A stretch of DNA of 35,836 nucleotides from a virus. Taxonomy: Duplodnaviria; Heunggongvirae; Uroviricota; Caudoviricetes. Location of the stretch: IMG/VR virus record IMGVR_UViG_2645727821_000018. The stretch is one strand, 5' to 3'. The position numbers and the translations under genes are program-made. The notes under the pieces are model-generated. The model did not search any database, was not told the DNA's origin, and was given only the letters and a program-made list of their open reading frames with translations. The number at the start of each line of letters is the position of its first letter. Positions within the stretch are counted from its first letter, which is position 1. Shown here piece after piece: positions 1 to 7,951 of this stretch.

Positions 1-327
1 ATGAGAAATATCGTCATAGCGAAGGAGTTCTCCAGAACACCTTTCGGACGTTACACAACGGATAGCCCACACAGTGCGGAAAGATTTCGTAGAGAGTTTT
101 TGGTGCCTGCGCTGAAGGGTACTGAACAGGAGATTGTGGTTGATTTTCGCGGTATAGCACTGGGTGTTGGTTCCTCTTTCTTAGAAGAGGCGTTTGGAGG
201 TCTCATCCGTAAGGAAGGGATACCTAAAGCCAACGTTAAAGCACGTTTGATTATAAAAAGTGATGTTCCGTTCTACAAAGAACAGATTGATAAATTTATT
301 GATTTAGCACAACCAGAAAGAGTATAA
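1..327 (+). CDS. Small STAS-like protein (resembles DUF4325-type proteins); ATG is at the window edge so the true N-terminus is not certain
   Basis: 108-aa ORF; the motif pattern GRY...F...L.PAL......VD..G......SFLEEAFGGL matches my recollection of STAS-like DUF4325 proteins. Stop codon lies 10 bp before the next gene, whose likely SD overlaps it. Lies outside the integrase, at the prophage edge. Confidence 0.45.
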   Translation: MRNIVIAKEFSRTPFGRYTTDSPHSAERFRREFLVPALKGTEQEIVVDFRGIALGVGSSFLEEAFGGLIRKEGIPKANVKARLIIKSDVPFYKEQIDKFIDLAQPERV

Positions 328-337
328 GAGGCGATAG

Positions 338-955
338 TTGATCAGTACGGAACCAATGTCATTAGTAGCACAAATAGGACAGTATTCGTGGTGTATCACA
401 GTAGTTAGCGTCTGCTTAGTTTTCATTGGATGGCGAGTTGCGTACAATAATTCTGTAAAACTGGCGACACGTTCTGAATCGAAATCAATTATTGATGCTA
501 TTTCAAAGTTAGTTATTGAAATTTCTGATATTTCTTCTAACTATTGGCTCAGTCAGACAACTCAACCTAAAATTAGAGCATCAAAGCATCGATTGTTAAG
601 GTTGCAAAAGGATAGAACAAAGGCTTCTGTTTCATACTTGTTAACTATCTTGGCTAAAGCTCAACAAGTTTCCAAACTGATTTGCATTTTGGAAAGCAGA
701 GGACTGTATATACCTGACGAGGTGTTCTCATCTGTACTAGAGAAAGCAACTCTGGATTGTGAGGTCGCTCACAAGCTTTCAGATGCCGATCGCCCGGTTA
801 AAGCACAAGAAGTAATTGATGCTTGTATGGGAGTTATCGAAGCGTTACATACTTCTTTTCAAAGGTACCACCCTCCCAAAAAGGATCGTACCTTTATGCA
901 AAGGTTAAAAATTTGGTTTCAAACAGTAGACGATTGGCATAATGACTTAAAATAA
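338..955 (+). CDS. Hypothetical membrane-anchored protein (one N-terminal TM helix, about 165-aa helical soluble domain)
   Basis: 205-aa ORF with a TTG start at 338 preceded by AAGAGG (325-330); an alternative ATG is at 356. Hydrophobic stretch CITVVSVCLVFIGW near the N-terminus. The 3' end overlaps the integrase stop convergently (947-955). No family recognised. Confidence 0.5.
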   Translation: MISTEPMSLVAQIGQYSWCITVVSVCLVFIGWRVAYNNSVKLATRSESKSIIDAISKLVIEISDISSNYWLSQTTQPKIRASKHRLLRLQKDRTKASVSYLLTILAKAQQVSKLICILESRGLYIPDEVFSSVLEKATLDCEVAHKLSDADRPVKAQEVIDACMGVIEALHTSFQRYHPPKKDRTFMQRLKIWFQTVDDWHNDLK

Positions 956-2119
956 AGCCTTTTTATCCTTGATACTTGCCCTCCCATCATACTCTTTCAA
1001 GTATTGTCCATAGTGCCTGAATAACATTTCAGGCCCTTTATGGCCCATTTGAGCCGCAAGCCAAAACAGGTTTGCTCCCCGGCTGATATGGCTGGTGGCG
1101 AATGTATGCCTGGTTTGATATGGGTTTCTGTAACGAATACCTGCTTTTCGCAATGTTGGCACCCATGCTTTTTTCCTAATTGCATCAGCACTTGCCCAGG
1201 GTTTATTGGTCTTTGGATCTTCAAAGACAGTAGCATCCTTCATGAATGTAAATGGCTTCTGGTTTATCAACGCCAACATTGCTTCTTCAGTCAGTTCAAC
1301 TTTACGGGTACCGGCTTTTGTCTTTGTTCCTTTGATAACTCCGACAACACTTGCGCTCTGAACATGGGCTGTTTTTCCAACAAAGTCGATATCATGCCAT
1401 CGTAGGGCACATAATTCAGAACTACGCAGGCCTGTATGTATGGCGAACCGGAACAGATTTTCCCATTGTTTGTTTCCGGCTGCTGCTAGTAATGCATCAA
1501 CTTCTGCTGGTGATAGCGGATCAACCACATAGCTGCTTTCTGCTTCTGACTTATCACTTTGGTAGCGCGAAGCTGTTACTAACGATACGGGGTTAATTTG
1601 AAGTACCCCATCGGTCACGGCTTCATCAAGTGCTGACCGTAGGAAAGATAACTGGTTGCGAATGGTTTTTAAGGTTGTTTTCTGGCTTTGAATCCACGCT
1701 TTCAGGGTTGCTGGTGTTAATTCACTTGCAGGGCAAATGTGAAGTGAGGCTAACGCACTACGGCATTTTTTATAGCCACCAATCGTAGAGGGTGAAAGTT
1801 TTCTTGTTTCGCAGATTTCAAGATATTCGTCCAGGTACATCTTTACCGTTTTGCTTGCAGCAGCATTACCAAAAATTTTCAAACGAGCAGAACGGGGAAA
1901 ATATTCTGCATAAATGAATGTTCCCCTTTCGATCTTATTATGGATTTCGCCGAGTGTACGCTCGGCGTATTTAATGTTCTTTGGTGTTACTTCCAGATTG
2001 GAAAGCGGCTCACGACATCTAACTCCTTTGTAGGTGAAAGTTATATTGATCGTTTCTCCCTGGTGGTGTTTCCTGATTGTTACGCCGCGCGGTAGTTTGA
2101 GCAGTTTTGTCTGGCCCAT
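947..2119 (-). CDS. int: Tyrosine site-specific integrase (phage integrase family)
   Basis: 390 aa; C-terminal catalytic region with conserved RHTFATS...GHK...RHY signature of tyrosine recombinases; followed upstream by an excisionase-like gene in the same orientation. Confidence 0.95.
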   Translation of the reverse strand: MGQTKLLKLPRGVTIRKHHQGETINITFTYKGVRCREPLSNLEVTPKNIKYAERTLGEIHNKIERGTFIYAEYFPRSARLKIFGNAAASKTVKMYLDEYLEICETRKLSPSTIGGYKKCRSALASLHICPASELTPATLKAWIQSQKTTLKTIRNQLSFLRSALDEAVTDGVLQINPVSLVTASRYQSDKSEAESSYVVDPLSPAEVDALLAAAGNKQWENLFRFAIHTGLRSSELCALRWHDIDFVGKTAHVQSASVVGVIKGTKTKAGTRKVELTEEAMLALINQKPFTFMKDATVFEDPKTNKPWASADAIRKKAWVPTLRKAGIRYRNPYQTRHTFATSHISRGANLFWLAAQMGHKGPEMLFRHYGQYLKEYDGRASIKDKKALF

Positions 2120-2286
2120 TTTGCAACCTCACTAAGATCAATCCACCTCTCCTTAACGCCTTCAACCTTTAAAACCTGAACACCTTCACGCCAAACACCG
2201 CGCTGTACACGTTTGTTTATTGCTTCAGGAGTTTCGCCAGTTTCTTTGCAATAAGTTGAGATAGGAACACAATCGAGGTTCAGCAT
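2080..2286 (-). CDS. xis: Excisionase-like small DNA-binding protein
   Basis: Small basic ORF immediately upstream of and overlapping int, as in lambdoid int-xis pairs. Start chosen at the ATG at 2286 (GGAGA 5 nt upstream); the ORF track extends to 2325. Confidence 0.7.
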   Translation of the reverse strand: MLNLDCVPISTYCKETGETPEAINKRVQRGVWREGVQVLKVEGVKERWIDLSEVAKWARQNCSNYRAA

Positions 2287-2327
2287 ACGTTTCTCCATTA
2301 TCCCGTCTGCACACGGGAGCAACATTA

Positions 2328-3218
2328 TTAACGAATAGTGTCGTTACTTTGAAGTACAGCAAATGCCATTAATACTTCTAAAGTATATCTTCTATAAAAT
2401 TTAACAAAACCAACATAGAAAACATAGACGAAGAAAAAGCTAAGCATTATTGAAAGTAAACTATAAAGATAATCACTATGAGTACATAATCGATAAATAA
2501 AGGTTGGAACTGATACCCAAAATGAAATTATAAAGATTAAACATATGTTTCTGCAAAAACCATATAATGCAACATAGTTTTGAATTTTTGTTTGATGTTG
2601 TTTTGAAAACTCATAAACATAATGATATGCCAATCTGAAGAGATCATCATCAAGTCCGTTTTTATCTTGTAATAATTGGCGATTTGTTATGAACTTTTTC
2701 TCATAACCTTCTTTGATCATTAACCATGTTGTATTAGCTAAATGAAATGGTAGAGATTGAGAATAACATAGTTTTTGTGTTATAAAATCCCATAGTATTA
2801 TTGGACATAATACGCATTTGATTATGCGATTCTTTATTTTTGTTTTTTTATCAGCGCTTCTCTCATCGCATGATGGGCTACAAATGCTTTCTGAGGTATC
2901 TATCAATTTTTTAAATAGATATTTGGAAGGATATCCTAATTCTTTATTCATGTATTTTTCGATAAAAAATGCTGACGTGATAGAAATAAAATGTCCAGCT
3001 ATATAAGATATAATAACTATTGAAGCGTAGTTCAAAATGCCAAAGATTTGACTTTGACCTCTGAGCAATTCACTTAAGTCAATAACAATATCTAGATCGA
3101 ATGTCAAACCACAGAAATACATTAATAGGATAAAAAAACCACCTGGTATTAAATATCCAAGAAAGTCATAGAATGAGAATGGATTTTGATTCATTGTTGC
3201 TCTCCAATAATTTTTCAA
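2328..3218 (-). CDS. Hypothetical polytopic inner-membrane protein (AT-rich accessory gene)
   Basis: 296-aa ORF with several hydrophobic segments (for example FFILLMYFCGLTF, IVIISYIAGHFISITSAFF, ICLIFIISFWVSVPTFIY). Strongly AT-rich compared with flanking phage DNA. Sits directly downstream of xis in the leftward operon. Confidence 0.6.
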   Translation of the reverse strand: MKNYWRATMNQNPFSFYDFLGYLIPGGFFILLMYFCGLTFDLDIVIDLSELLRGQSQIFGILNYASIVIISYIAGHFISITSAFFIEKYMNKELGYPSKYLFKKLIDTSESICSPSCDERSADKKTKIKNRIIKCVLCPIILWDFITQKLCYSQSLPFHLANTTWLMIKEGYEKKFITNRQLLQDKNGLDDDLFRLAYHYVYEFSKQHQTKIQNYVALYGFCRNICLIFIISFWVSVPTFIYRLCTHSDYLYSLLSIMLSFFFVYVFYVGFVKFYRRYTLEVLMAFAVLQSNDTIR

Positions 3219-3302
3219 TTTGTAATATAACCTATATCTATATGTTAATAAATTACTTATATGTTCTTTTATGGCAGAGTTTGAATTCGTACGTGCTGAT
3301 TT

Positions 3303-3827
3303 TTACGACTCAGTTAACTCTTTAAAGCGTTCCATAAACATCCCATAGGTATGGCCTGGCGACAGTGGAATAACTTTGAACATCTCTGTTGCCGGGATAC
3401 CTTCCAGTACGGGCCAGAAAGAGCCATCATCAAGCCCGAGATCGCGGCGTTCGGTTGCCAGCATGATGAGATCGGCATATTTCACGGGCGTACTCATAAC
3501 CGGGGGTAACCCGTATTTCTCACGGATTACGGCGTCTATTTTTTCTTCCATCCGTTTATAGTCAGGAAGAAGGCGTTTCAGTGGCGCCGGGATGTCCTGG
3601 CAATACGCTTCTGTTGCATCATGCATTAACGCTTCAAAAGCAAATTCCTGCGGTACCAGTTGGCTGCAAAGCACCGCATGTTGGGCGACGCTGTAGAAAT
3701 GTGAAAGATGTCCTGCAAAGCGACAGATATTTGAAAGAGAAACCGCGATATCGTTAATAACGATGTCGTCTTTATTTATCCTGTCATAATAAAAATGCTT
3801 CCCGGAAAAAGTTTTAATAAATGACAT
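3303..3827 (-). CDS. HD-domain phosphohydrolase (YfbR/YfdR-like 5'-deoxynucleotidase family)
   Basis: H...HD metal-binding pattern (SVAQHAV ... LMHDATEAY). Start placed at the internal ATG at 3827 with GGAGA upstream, about 174 aa; the ORF track extends to 3854. Confidence 0.8.
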   Translation of the reverse strand: MSFIKTFSGKHFYYDRINKDDIVINDIAVSLSNICRFAGHLSHFYSVAQHAVLCSQLVPQEFAFEALMHDATEAYCQDIPAPLKRLLPDYKRMEEKIDAVIREKYGLPPVMSTPVKYADLIMLATERRDLGLDDGSFWPVLEGIPATEMFKVIPLSPGHTYGMFMERFKELTES

Positions 3828-3954
3828 TTTGTTCTCCACGTATATGCGCTGCACCGCGCTGAATTCTGGTAAAAGAAAGCCCTCACCATCCGGCGATTAT
3901 TGAGTCAATTACGTTTCCATAAATGCCCCCGCAGGGGCATTTGCAGTAATGAAA

Positions 3955-4779
3955 TCAGGCGGTAAAAGTACCAATAAAGGTTTCTACTTTGCTGTCCTTG
4001 AATTTCTCAACAAGCAGATCACGAAATTCGTTAGCCATTTCTTCCTGCACTGCTTCCAGCTGAATAATGCGCAGAACCAGTACAGGACGATCGCCAGTGA
4101 TAATGCTGAGGCGTAATTTAAACGGACGTTCTTTCAGGCCTTCAAACGGAACGCATTTAAATTCAAATGCCACTGGCATAATATCTTTGGTCTTCGCTTC
4201 GACAGACTCCATCAGGGAGCGTTTGCCGCTGAAGTCATTGTCTTCAAAATCAGCGGTCTGGTTTGCTTCAATCGTGATTTTACGGACTGCCGCAGCCGCT
4301 TTTGTTGCCTGAATGGCATCACCATTAGCATCAAAGCCCACAAGGTAGTCGGCCCAGTCTTCAATCCATTCTGCCAGTGACTTCTGGGAGTTACGCTCGC
4401 CGTTAACAGACAACAGAGCAGAGAACGGTGCTGTCTTTTTCAGTTTGAGAGTGGCGGTGTTATCTGCGTGACCAGGCTCATCAATAGTACCCAGGTTAAG
4501 CACACTGACGGCACGCATATTATCGGCATCGATAAAGCAGCGGGTGCCTTCATCCGCAAGATCTTTAGAATAACGGGTAAAGTCATCGATGCTGGCAGTG
4601 GAAAGCGCACCACGGAAACGGAAGCGATTTAAATTAAATTTTTCCAGATCATGAATGCGGAAATTTTCAGGTAATGCCACTGCGTCGGCACCAATCTTAC
4701 TGATAATTTCATTAACACCCTGAGCAGAAATAAGGGCATGGATTTGATTAATTGCGGTTGCGTCTAAGTTCTGAGACAT
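3955..4779 (-). CDS. Prophage protein of the YfdQ-like (DUF2303) family
   Basis: 274-aa ORF; same size and gene neighbourhood (YfdP-like, YfdQ-like, HD-domain YfdR-like) as the E. coli CPS-53 prophage genes. Recognition-level assignment. Confidence 0.7.
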   Translation of the reverse strand: MSQNLDATAINQIHALISAQGVNEIISKIGADAVALPENFRIHDLEKFNLNRFRFRGALSTASIDDFTRYSKDLADEGTRCFIDADNMRAVSVLNLGTIDEPGHADNTATLKLKKTAPFSALLSVNGERNSQKSLAEWIEDWADYLVGFDANGDAIQATKAAAAVRKITIEANQTADFEDNDFSGKRSLMESVEAKTKDIMPVAFEFKCVPFEGLKERPFKLRLSIITGDRPVLVLRIIQLEAVQEEMANEFRDLLVEKFKDSKVETFIGTFTA

Positions 4780-4844
4780 AATAAGTCCTCACTATATAAA
4801 GATATTCAGTGATGAGATAAATAATCAGTTAATTAAGAACGATA

Positions 4845-5207
4845 TTAATGACCTGCTGCGCGGAGTTTTCCGTCAGGTTCACCGGCAAGAGTCAGTAATT
4901 GTCCCTGGTCTTCCTGCAGAATAGTCAGGCGACCACCGCGATTGACATACATCGGCGTTTCGGTGGTGTCTTCTTCGGAAATTTTCCCGCGGTTAGTCGG
5001 ACGAACATATGAGAGTTTGTGTTTTATTTTCACACGGTTCTCATCAAACGGTTCGATTTCCAGGTTGAGCGAGACCTTACCTTTGGTTTTCGTGTTCATC
5101 ACACCGGAAGCGACTTCACTGAGAACTGCGCCGATTTTGGTTTCAAATACGCCGCCGTCCAGCTCCCCGATAAATTCCTGCACGTTGGTACTGCGTTCGC
5201 TAGCCAT
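4845..5207 (-). CDS. Prophage protein, YfdP-like (about 120 aa)
   Basis: The ORF track gives 226 aa, but the ATG at 5205-5207 has a GAGGAG SD 8 nt upstream and the upstream extension reads like non-coding GC-rich sequence, so the short form is preferred. Confidence 0.65.
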   Translation of the reverse strand: MASERSTNVQEFIGELDGGVFETKIGAVLSEVASGVMNTKTKGKVSLNLEIEPFDENRVKIKHKLSYVRPTNRGKISEEDTTETPMYVNRGGRLTILQEDQGQLLTLAGEPDGKLRAAGH

Positions 5208-5257
5208 TTTGCTGCTCCTCATCATATCGACCCTGCAAGGTCGGTTGGTTTCTCCAC

Positions 5258-5390
5258 AAAACAGAGAAGAACACCTGCGGTGGCAGCCGCCCGGGTGGAT
5301 TGGGTTATGAGCCCGTCGTCCGGTGATGCTCTTCTCTGTTTTGTAAAAAGAGCGGTACCAGCCGGAAGCAAGGGTACAAGCTGGTACCGC
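5258..5390. promoter_or_regulatory. Dyad-symmetry cluster in a 470-bp untranslated region; candidate leftward operator/promoter and structured leader
   Basis: 15-bp inverted repeat arms (about 5258-5272 and 5329-5343, 14/15 complementary) around a 56-bp GC-rich spacer. An 11-bp perfect inverted repeat GCGGTACCAGC / GCTGGTACCGC (5352-5362 and 5380-5390). GTAC-core motifs recur as in the cI-cro intergenic region. Confidence 0.4.
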
Positions 5391-5675
5391 CAGGACTACA
5401 CACAGCATAAAGTTGTGGTGCCGGGTGCCTCCCGGTGCCTGGCGAAGGTTGCACACCAGGCGGGTGGGTATCCACAGAAGGTCGACTGTCAGCCTCAACC
5501 TTAACCCGCGTGCGCTGAGCCGCATTCACCACAACGCTAAGGATTCTCTCTGGTTGAAAATACTTAGCTGTTATGTGCCTGCTTTTAGCCACATCAGGCG
5601 AGGTGGGCCTGGTTATTCCCCAACAACAAGGATTCGGCTAATCTGGATGACTCTGTTCTTAGAGGGGATAATTAA

Positions 5676-6188
5676 ATGGGAGCGATTTATGTTAAACGTT
5701 TGATTCTGTCGGTAGCACTGATAATACCGATAGCATCCAATGCTTCTGATGCTTTGAACCAGCCGAGCAGTAGTCTAAATGATGGTGTTGAGACTTTTTT
5801 TATTTCCTGCTTTGATATGCCTCAGGAAACAACTACTGATATGGACGCTTGTCAGAGAGTTCAGTTAGCTCAGGTTAGTTGGGTTAAGAATAAGTATTCG
5901 GTGGCCGCCCTGAATCGTTTGAAACAAGACAACAAGGATGATCCACAGCGTCTGCAGGAATTAACTGCTTCTTTTAACGCGGAAAGTGAAGCTTGGACAG
6001 AATTAATTGAGAAAGCGTCAAAGTCCGTCCAGGTTGATTATGCAGGAGGAACTATAGCTGGCACTGCAGTTGCATCACGTCAAATTGGTCTTCTGGAATT
6101 ACAATCCCACGATATCTGGGAGCACTGGCTACGATTCGAGGACTCAACTCCTCCTCTTTTGCCAGAACCAAAGTTCAAATCTGAGTAA
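5676..6188 (+). CDS. Secreted or periplasmic accessory protein with N-terminal signal peptide (possibly DUF1311 / LprI-like fold)
   Basis: SD AGAGGGG 8 nt upstream of the ATG. N-terminus LILSVALIIPIASNASDA looks like a Sec signal peptide. Followed by an intrinsic terminator. Convergent with the repressor gene. Confidence 0.6.
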   Translation: MGAIYVKRLILSVALIIPIASNASDALNQPSSSLNDGVETFFISCFDMPQETTTDMDACQRVQLAQVSWVKNKYSVAALNRLKQDNKDDPQRLQELTASFNAESEAWTELIEKASKSVQVDYAGGTIAGTAVASRQIGLLELQSHDIWEHWLRFEDSTPPLLPEPKFKSE

Positions 6189-6215
6189 TAAGTCATCCAG
6201 ATTGTTAAAGAGCGA

Positions 6216-6239
6216 AGCGTCCTATAGGGCGCTTTTTTG
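6216..6239 (+). terminator. Rho-independent terminator downstream of the exported-protein gene
   Basis: Stem AGCGUCC / GGGCGCU with loop UAUA, followed by a run of six T (6234-6239). Confidence 0.6.
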
Positions 6240-6353
6240 TTGCTAACGAATCATCCTGGACTTCATATGCCCCAGGCGGCTACTTCGTGGGCGTCCTGCC
6301 TGTTTGTTGTTTCTCTTGGGTACATTATGTATCTCAAAGGTACATTGTCAAGT

Positions 6354-6379
6354 ATAAAAAAACCTGCCGAAGCAGGTTC
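6354..6379 (-). terminator. Rho-independent terminator downstream of the repressor gene (minus strand)
   Basis: On the minus strand: hairpin AACCTGC-TTCG-GCAGGTT followed by a run of eight T (plus-strand A-run 6355-6362), immediately 3' of the cI stop. Confidence 0.55.
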
Positions 6380-6390
6380 ATAAACATTGA

Positions 6391-7065
6391 TTAGGCTTTG
6401 ATTTTGTATCTTCTTGGTTTTCCTGAGAAAATCACAGTACCAATTATAGAGCAATTACCGTTGATCTTAATGTAAGGCTCAGGCCAGTTTGGGTTTAACG
6501 CTTTGAGATAACGCTGTGTCCCATCTTCTATCAACCTTTTGAAGGTGGTTTCACCTGTATCGTGCATCAATGCAATAACGTCGTCACCGTGGCAGGCAGG
6601 TACTTCAGGATCGACAAAAATCATGTCTCCCGGGCGGTACTCATCAATCATTGAATCACCTATCACCCGCAAGATATAAGTCATTTCCCCACAGGGTACA
6701 GGGCAGGGATACGTTTCTGCTGTGCTCAAATCAACCTCAGAATATCCAACTTCTTTCCATGCTCCGGCCTGTACCCATGATATGACAGGGACTAATGTGA
6801 TTTGTTTATTAGTGATTGAAACATCAGGTTTTTTTGTGATGTTCGTTGTCTGGTGTTCTTGATCGAGCCATCCGACAGGCAGGTCGAAACATTTTTCGAT
6901 GTGTCGTGCCATGCTGTCACCGATATTTTTAGTAGCACCATCTCCCATAAACCTGCTGGTCTGGGTTGGCTCGCGATCAATCATAGTGGCAAAGGAAGAA
7001 TTCCCGCCAACACCATCTCTCAGTTTTCTGGCGTTAGACCGCCGGATGTCATGGATTGTTTTCAT
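6391..7065 (-). CDS. cI: CI-type prophage repressor (N-terminal HTH, C-terminal S24 LexA-like autopeptidase)
   Basis: 224 aa; C-terminal GDSM motif (RVIGDSM) typical of S24 peptidase and LexA-like repressors; divergent from a cro-like gene across an operator-bearing intergenic region. Confidence 0.9.
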   Translation of the reverse strand: MKTIHDIRRSNARKLRDGVGGNSSFATMIDREPTQTSRFMGDGATKNIGDSMARHIEKCFDLPVGWLDQEHQTTNITKKPDVSITNKQITLVPVISWVQAGAWKEVGYSEVDLSTAETYPCPVPCGEMTYILRVIGDSMIDEYRPGDMIFVDPEVPACHGDDVIALMHDTGETTFKRLIEDGTQRYLKALNPNWPEPYIKINGNCSIIGTVIFSGKPRRYKIKA

Positions 7066-7078
7066 AACGAAATTAAAA

Positions 7079-7148
7079 CCCTTGTACCGTTAAGGTACAA
7101 GTATCTTGAAGGTTCATTTCAATCATGTAATATGTACACCGGAGGTAC
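7079..7148. promoter_or_regulatory. Immunity-region operator/promoter (OR/PR-like) between cI and cro
   Basis: Perfect inverted repeat CTTGTACC-gttaa-GGTACAAG (7079-7099). Candidate -35 TTGAAG (7104-7109) and -10 TAATAT (7126-7131) with a 16-nt spacer. A second GTACA-cc-gg-ag-GTACA element (7132-7148) overlaps the cro SD. Confidence 0.5.
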
Positions 7149-7155
7149 ACATTGT

Positions 7156-7356
7156 ATGAAAGCGTATTGGGACTCTTTAACCAAAGAACAGCAGGGCGAG
7201 TTGGCCGGAAAAGTTGGCTCAACACCTGGCTACTTACGGCTGGTTTTCAATGGCTATAAAAAAGCCAGTTTTGTGCTGGCTAAAAAACTTGAGCAATGCA
7301 CGTCAGGTGCAATTACGAAATCTGACTTAAGACCGGATATCTATCCGAAAGATTAG
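7156..7356 (+). CDS. cro: Cro-like small HTH regulator
   Basis: 66-aa product from the ATG at 7156 with GGAGG 10 nt upstream; divergent from cI. The ORF track gives a longer antisense-overlapping form (6853-7356), which is rejected. Confidence 0.75.
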   Translation: MKAYWDSLTKEQQGELAGKVGSTPGYLRLVFNGYKKASFVLAKKLEQCTSGAITKSDLRPDIYPKD

Positions 7357-7387
7357 CAGAACACTTTCAATTTTTAACCACAGAACG

Positions 7388-7951
7388 ATGAGGCTAATCG
7401 TGGGTAAGCATCACTGGAAAATAGAAAAACAGCCTGAGTGGTACGTGAAAGCTGTCAGAAAAACGATCGCGGCGTTGCCGGGTGGTTACGCTGAAGCGGC
7501 TGACTGGCTCGATGTAACAGAAAACGCTTTATTCAACCGCCTTCGTGCAGATGGCGATCAGATTTTCCCGCTGGGATGGGCAATGGTTTTACAGCGTGCT
7601 GGTGGCACTCACTTCATTGCTGATGCTGTGGCGCAGTCTGCAAATGGCGTCTTTGTGTCTCTTCCTGACGTCGAGGATGTGGACAACGCCGATATCAACC
7701 AACGCCTGCTGGAGGTCATTGAACAGATCGGCAGTTATTCAAAACAGATTCGTTCAGCAATTGAAGACGGTGTAGTGGAACCGCATGAGAAGACAGCAAT
7801 TAACGATGAGCTGTACCTCTCAATTTCGAAGCTGCAGGAGCATGCAGCACTGGTCTACAAAATCTTTTGCGTTTCAGAAAGTAGTGACGCCCGCGAGTGT
7901 GCAGCTCCGGGCGCCGTGGCGTGTCGTGACTGTGGAGAAACTAACGCATGA
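7388..7951 (+). CDS. CII-like phage regulatory protein (e14 YmfL-like)
   Basis: 187 aa, directly after cro; size and position match the CII-family regulator of e14-like prophages. Start codon uncertain (ATG at 7388 or GTG at 7400). The stop overlaps the next start as ATGA. Confidence 0.55.
   Translation: MRLIVGKHHWKIEKQPEWYVKAVRKTIAALPGGYAEAADWLDVTENALFNRLRADGDQIFPLGWAMVLQRAGGTHFIADAVAQSANGVFVSLPDVEDVDNADINQRLLEVIEQIGSYSKQIRSAIEDGVVEPHEKTAINDELYLSISKLQEHAALVYKIFCVSESSDARECAAPGAVACRDCGETNA

Noticed and set aside
1-955. Treating the leftmost two genes as ordinary host chromosome flanking the prophage
   Set aside because: Not adopted as the default. Their moderately AT-rich composition, tight coupling, and the convergent overlap with the int stop are more consistent with integrase-proximal cargo, though the att site is not visible and host origin cannot be excluded.
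997-1596. Three ORFs (79, 121 and 81 aa) overlapping the integrase gene
   Set aside because: All lie within the well-supported integrase coding sequence (one same-strand, two antisense), with low-complexity Cys/Trp-rich translations and no RBS. Taken as shadow ORFs.
4845-5525. 226-aa form of the YfdP-like ORF extending into the GC-rich upstream region
   Set aside because: The N-terminal 106 residues are Arg/Cys/Pro-rich and read like translated structured non-coding DNA. The internal ATG at 5207 has a strong GAGGAG SD and gives a product of the expected size, about 120 aa.
5208-5675. Possible retron ncRNA, tRNA or tmRNA fragment marking an att site
   Set aside because: No reverse-transcriptase gene nearby, and no tRNA-like T-arm or acceptor motifs found by eye. 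The repeats are better explained as operator or leader hairpins. A covariance-model scan would be needed to exclude this fully.
5019-5703. Overlapping ORFs in the 5' untranslated region (161, 95 and 96 aa) and a possible hok/sok-type toxin locus
   Set aside because: No RBS and no Hok-like hydrophobic small peptide; the compositions are typical of spurious frames in GC-rich hairpin DNA. The region is treated as regulatory or structured RNA.
6853-7356. 167-aa ORF spanning the cI-cro intergenic region
   Set aside because: Its 5' two-thirds is antisense to the repressor gene and the operator region. The cro-like gene starts at 7156 with a GGAGG SD.
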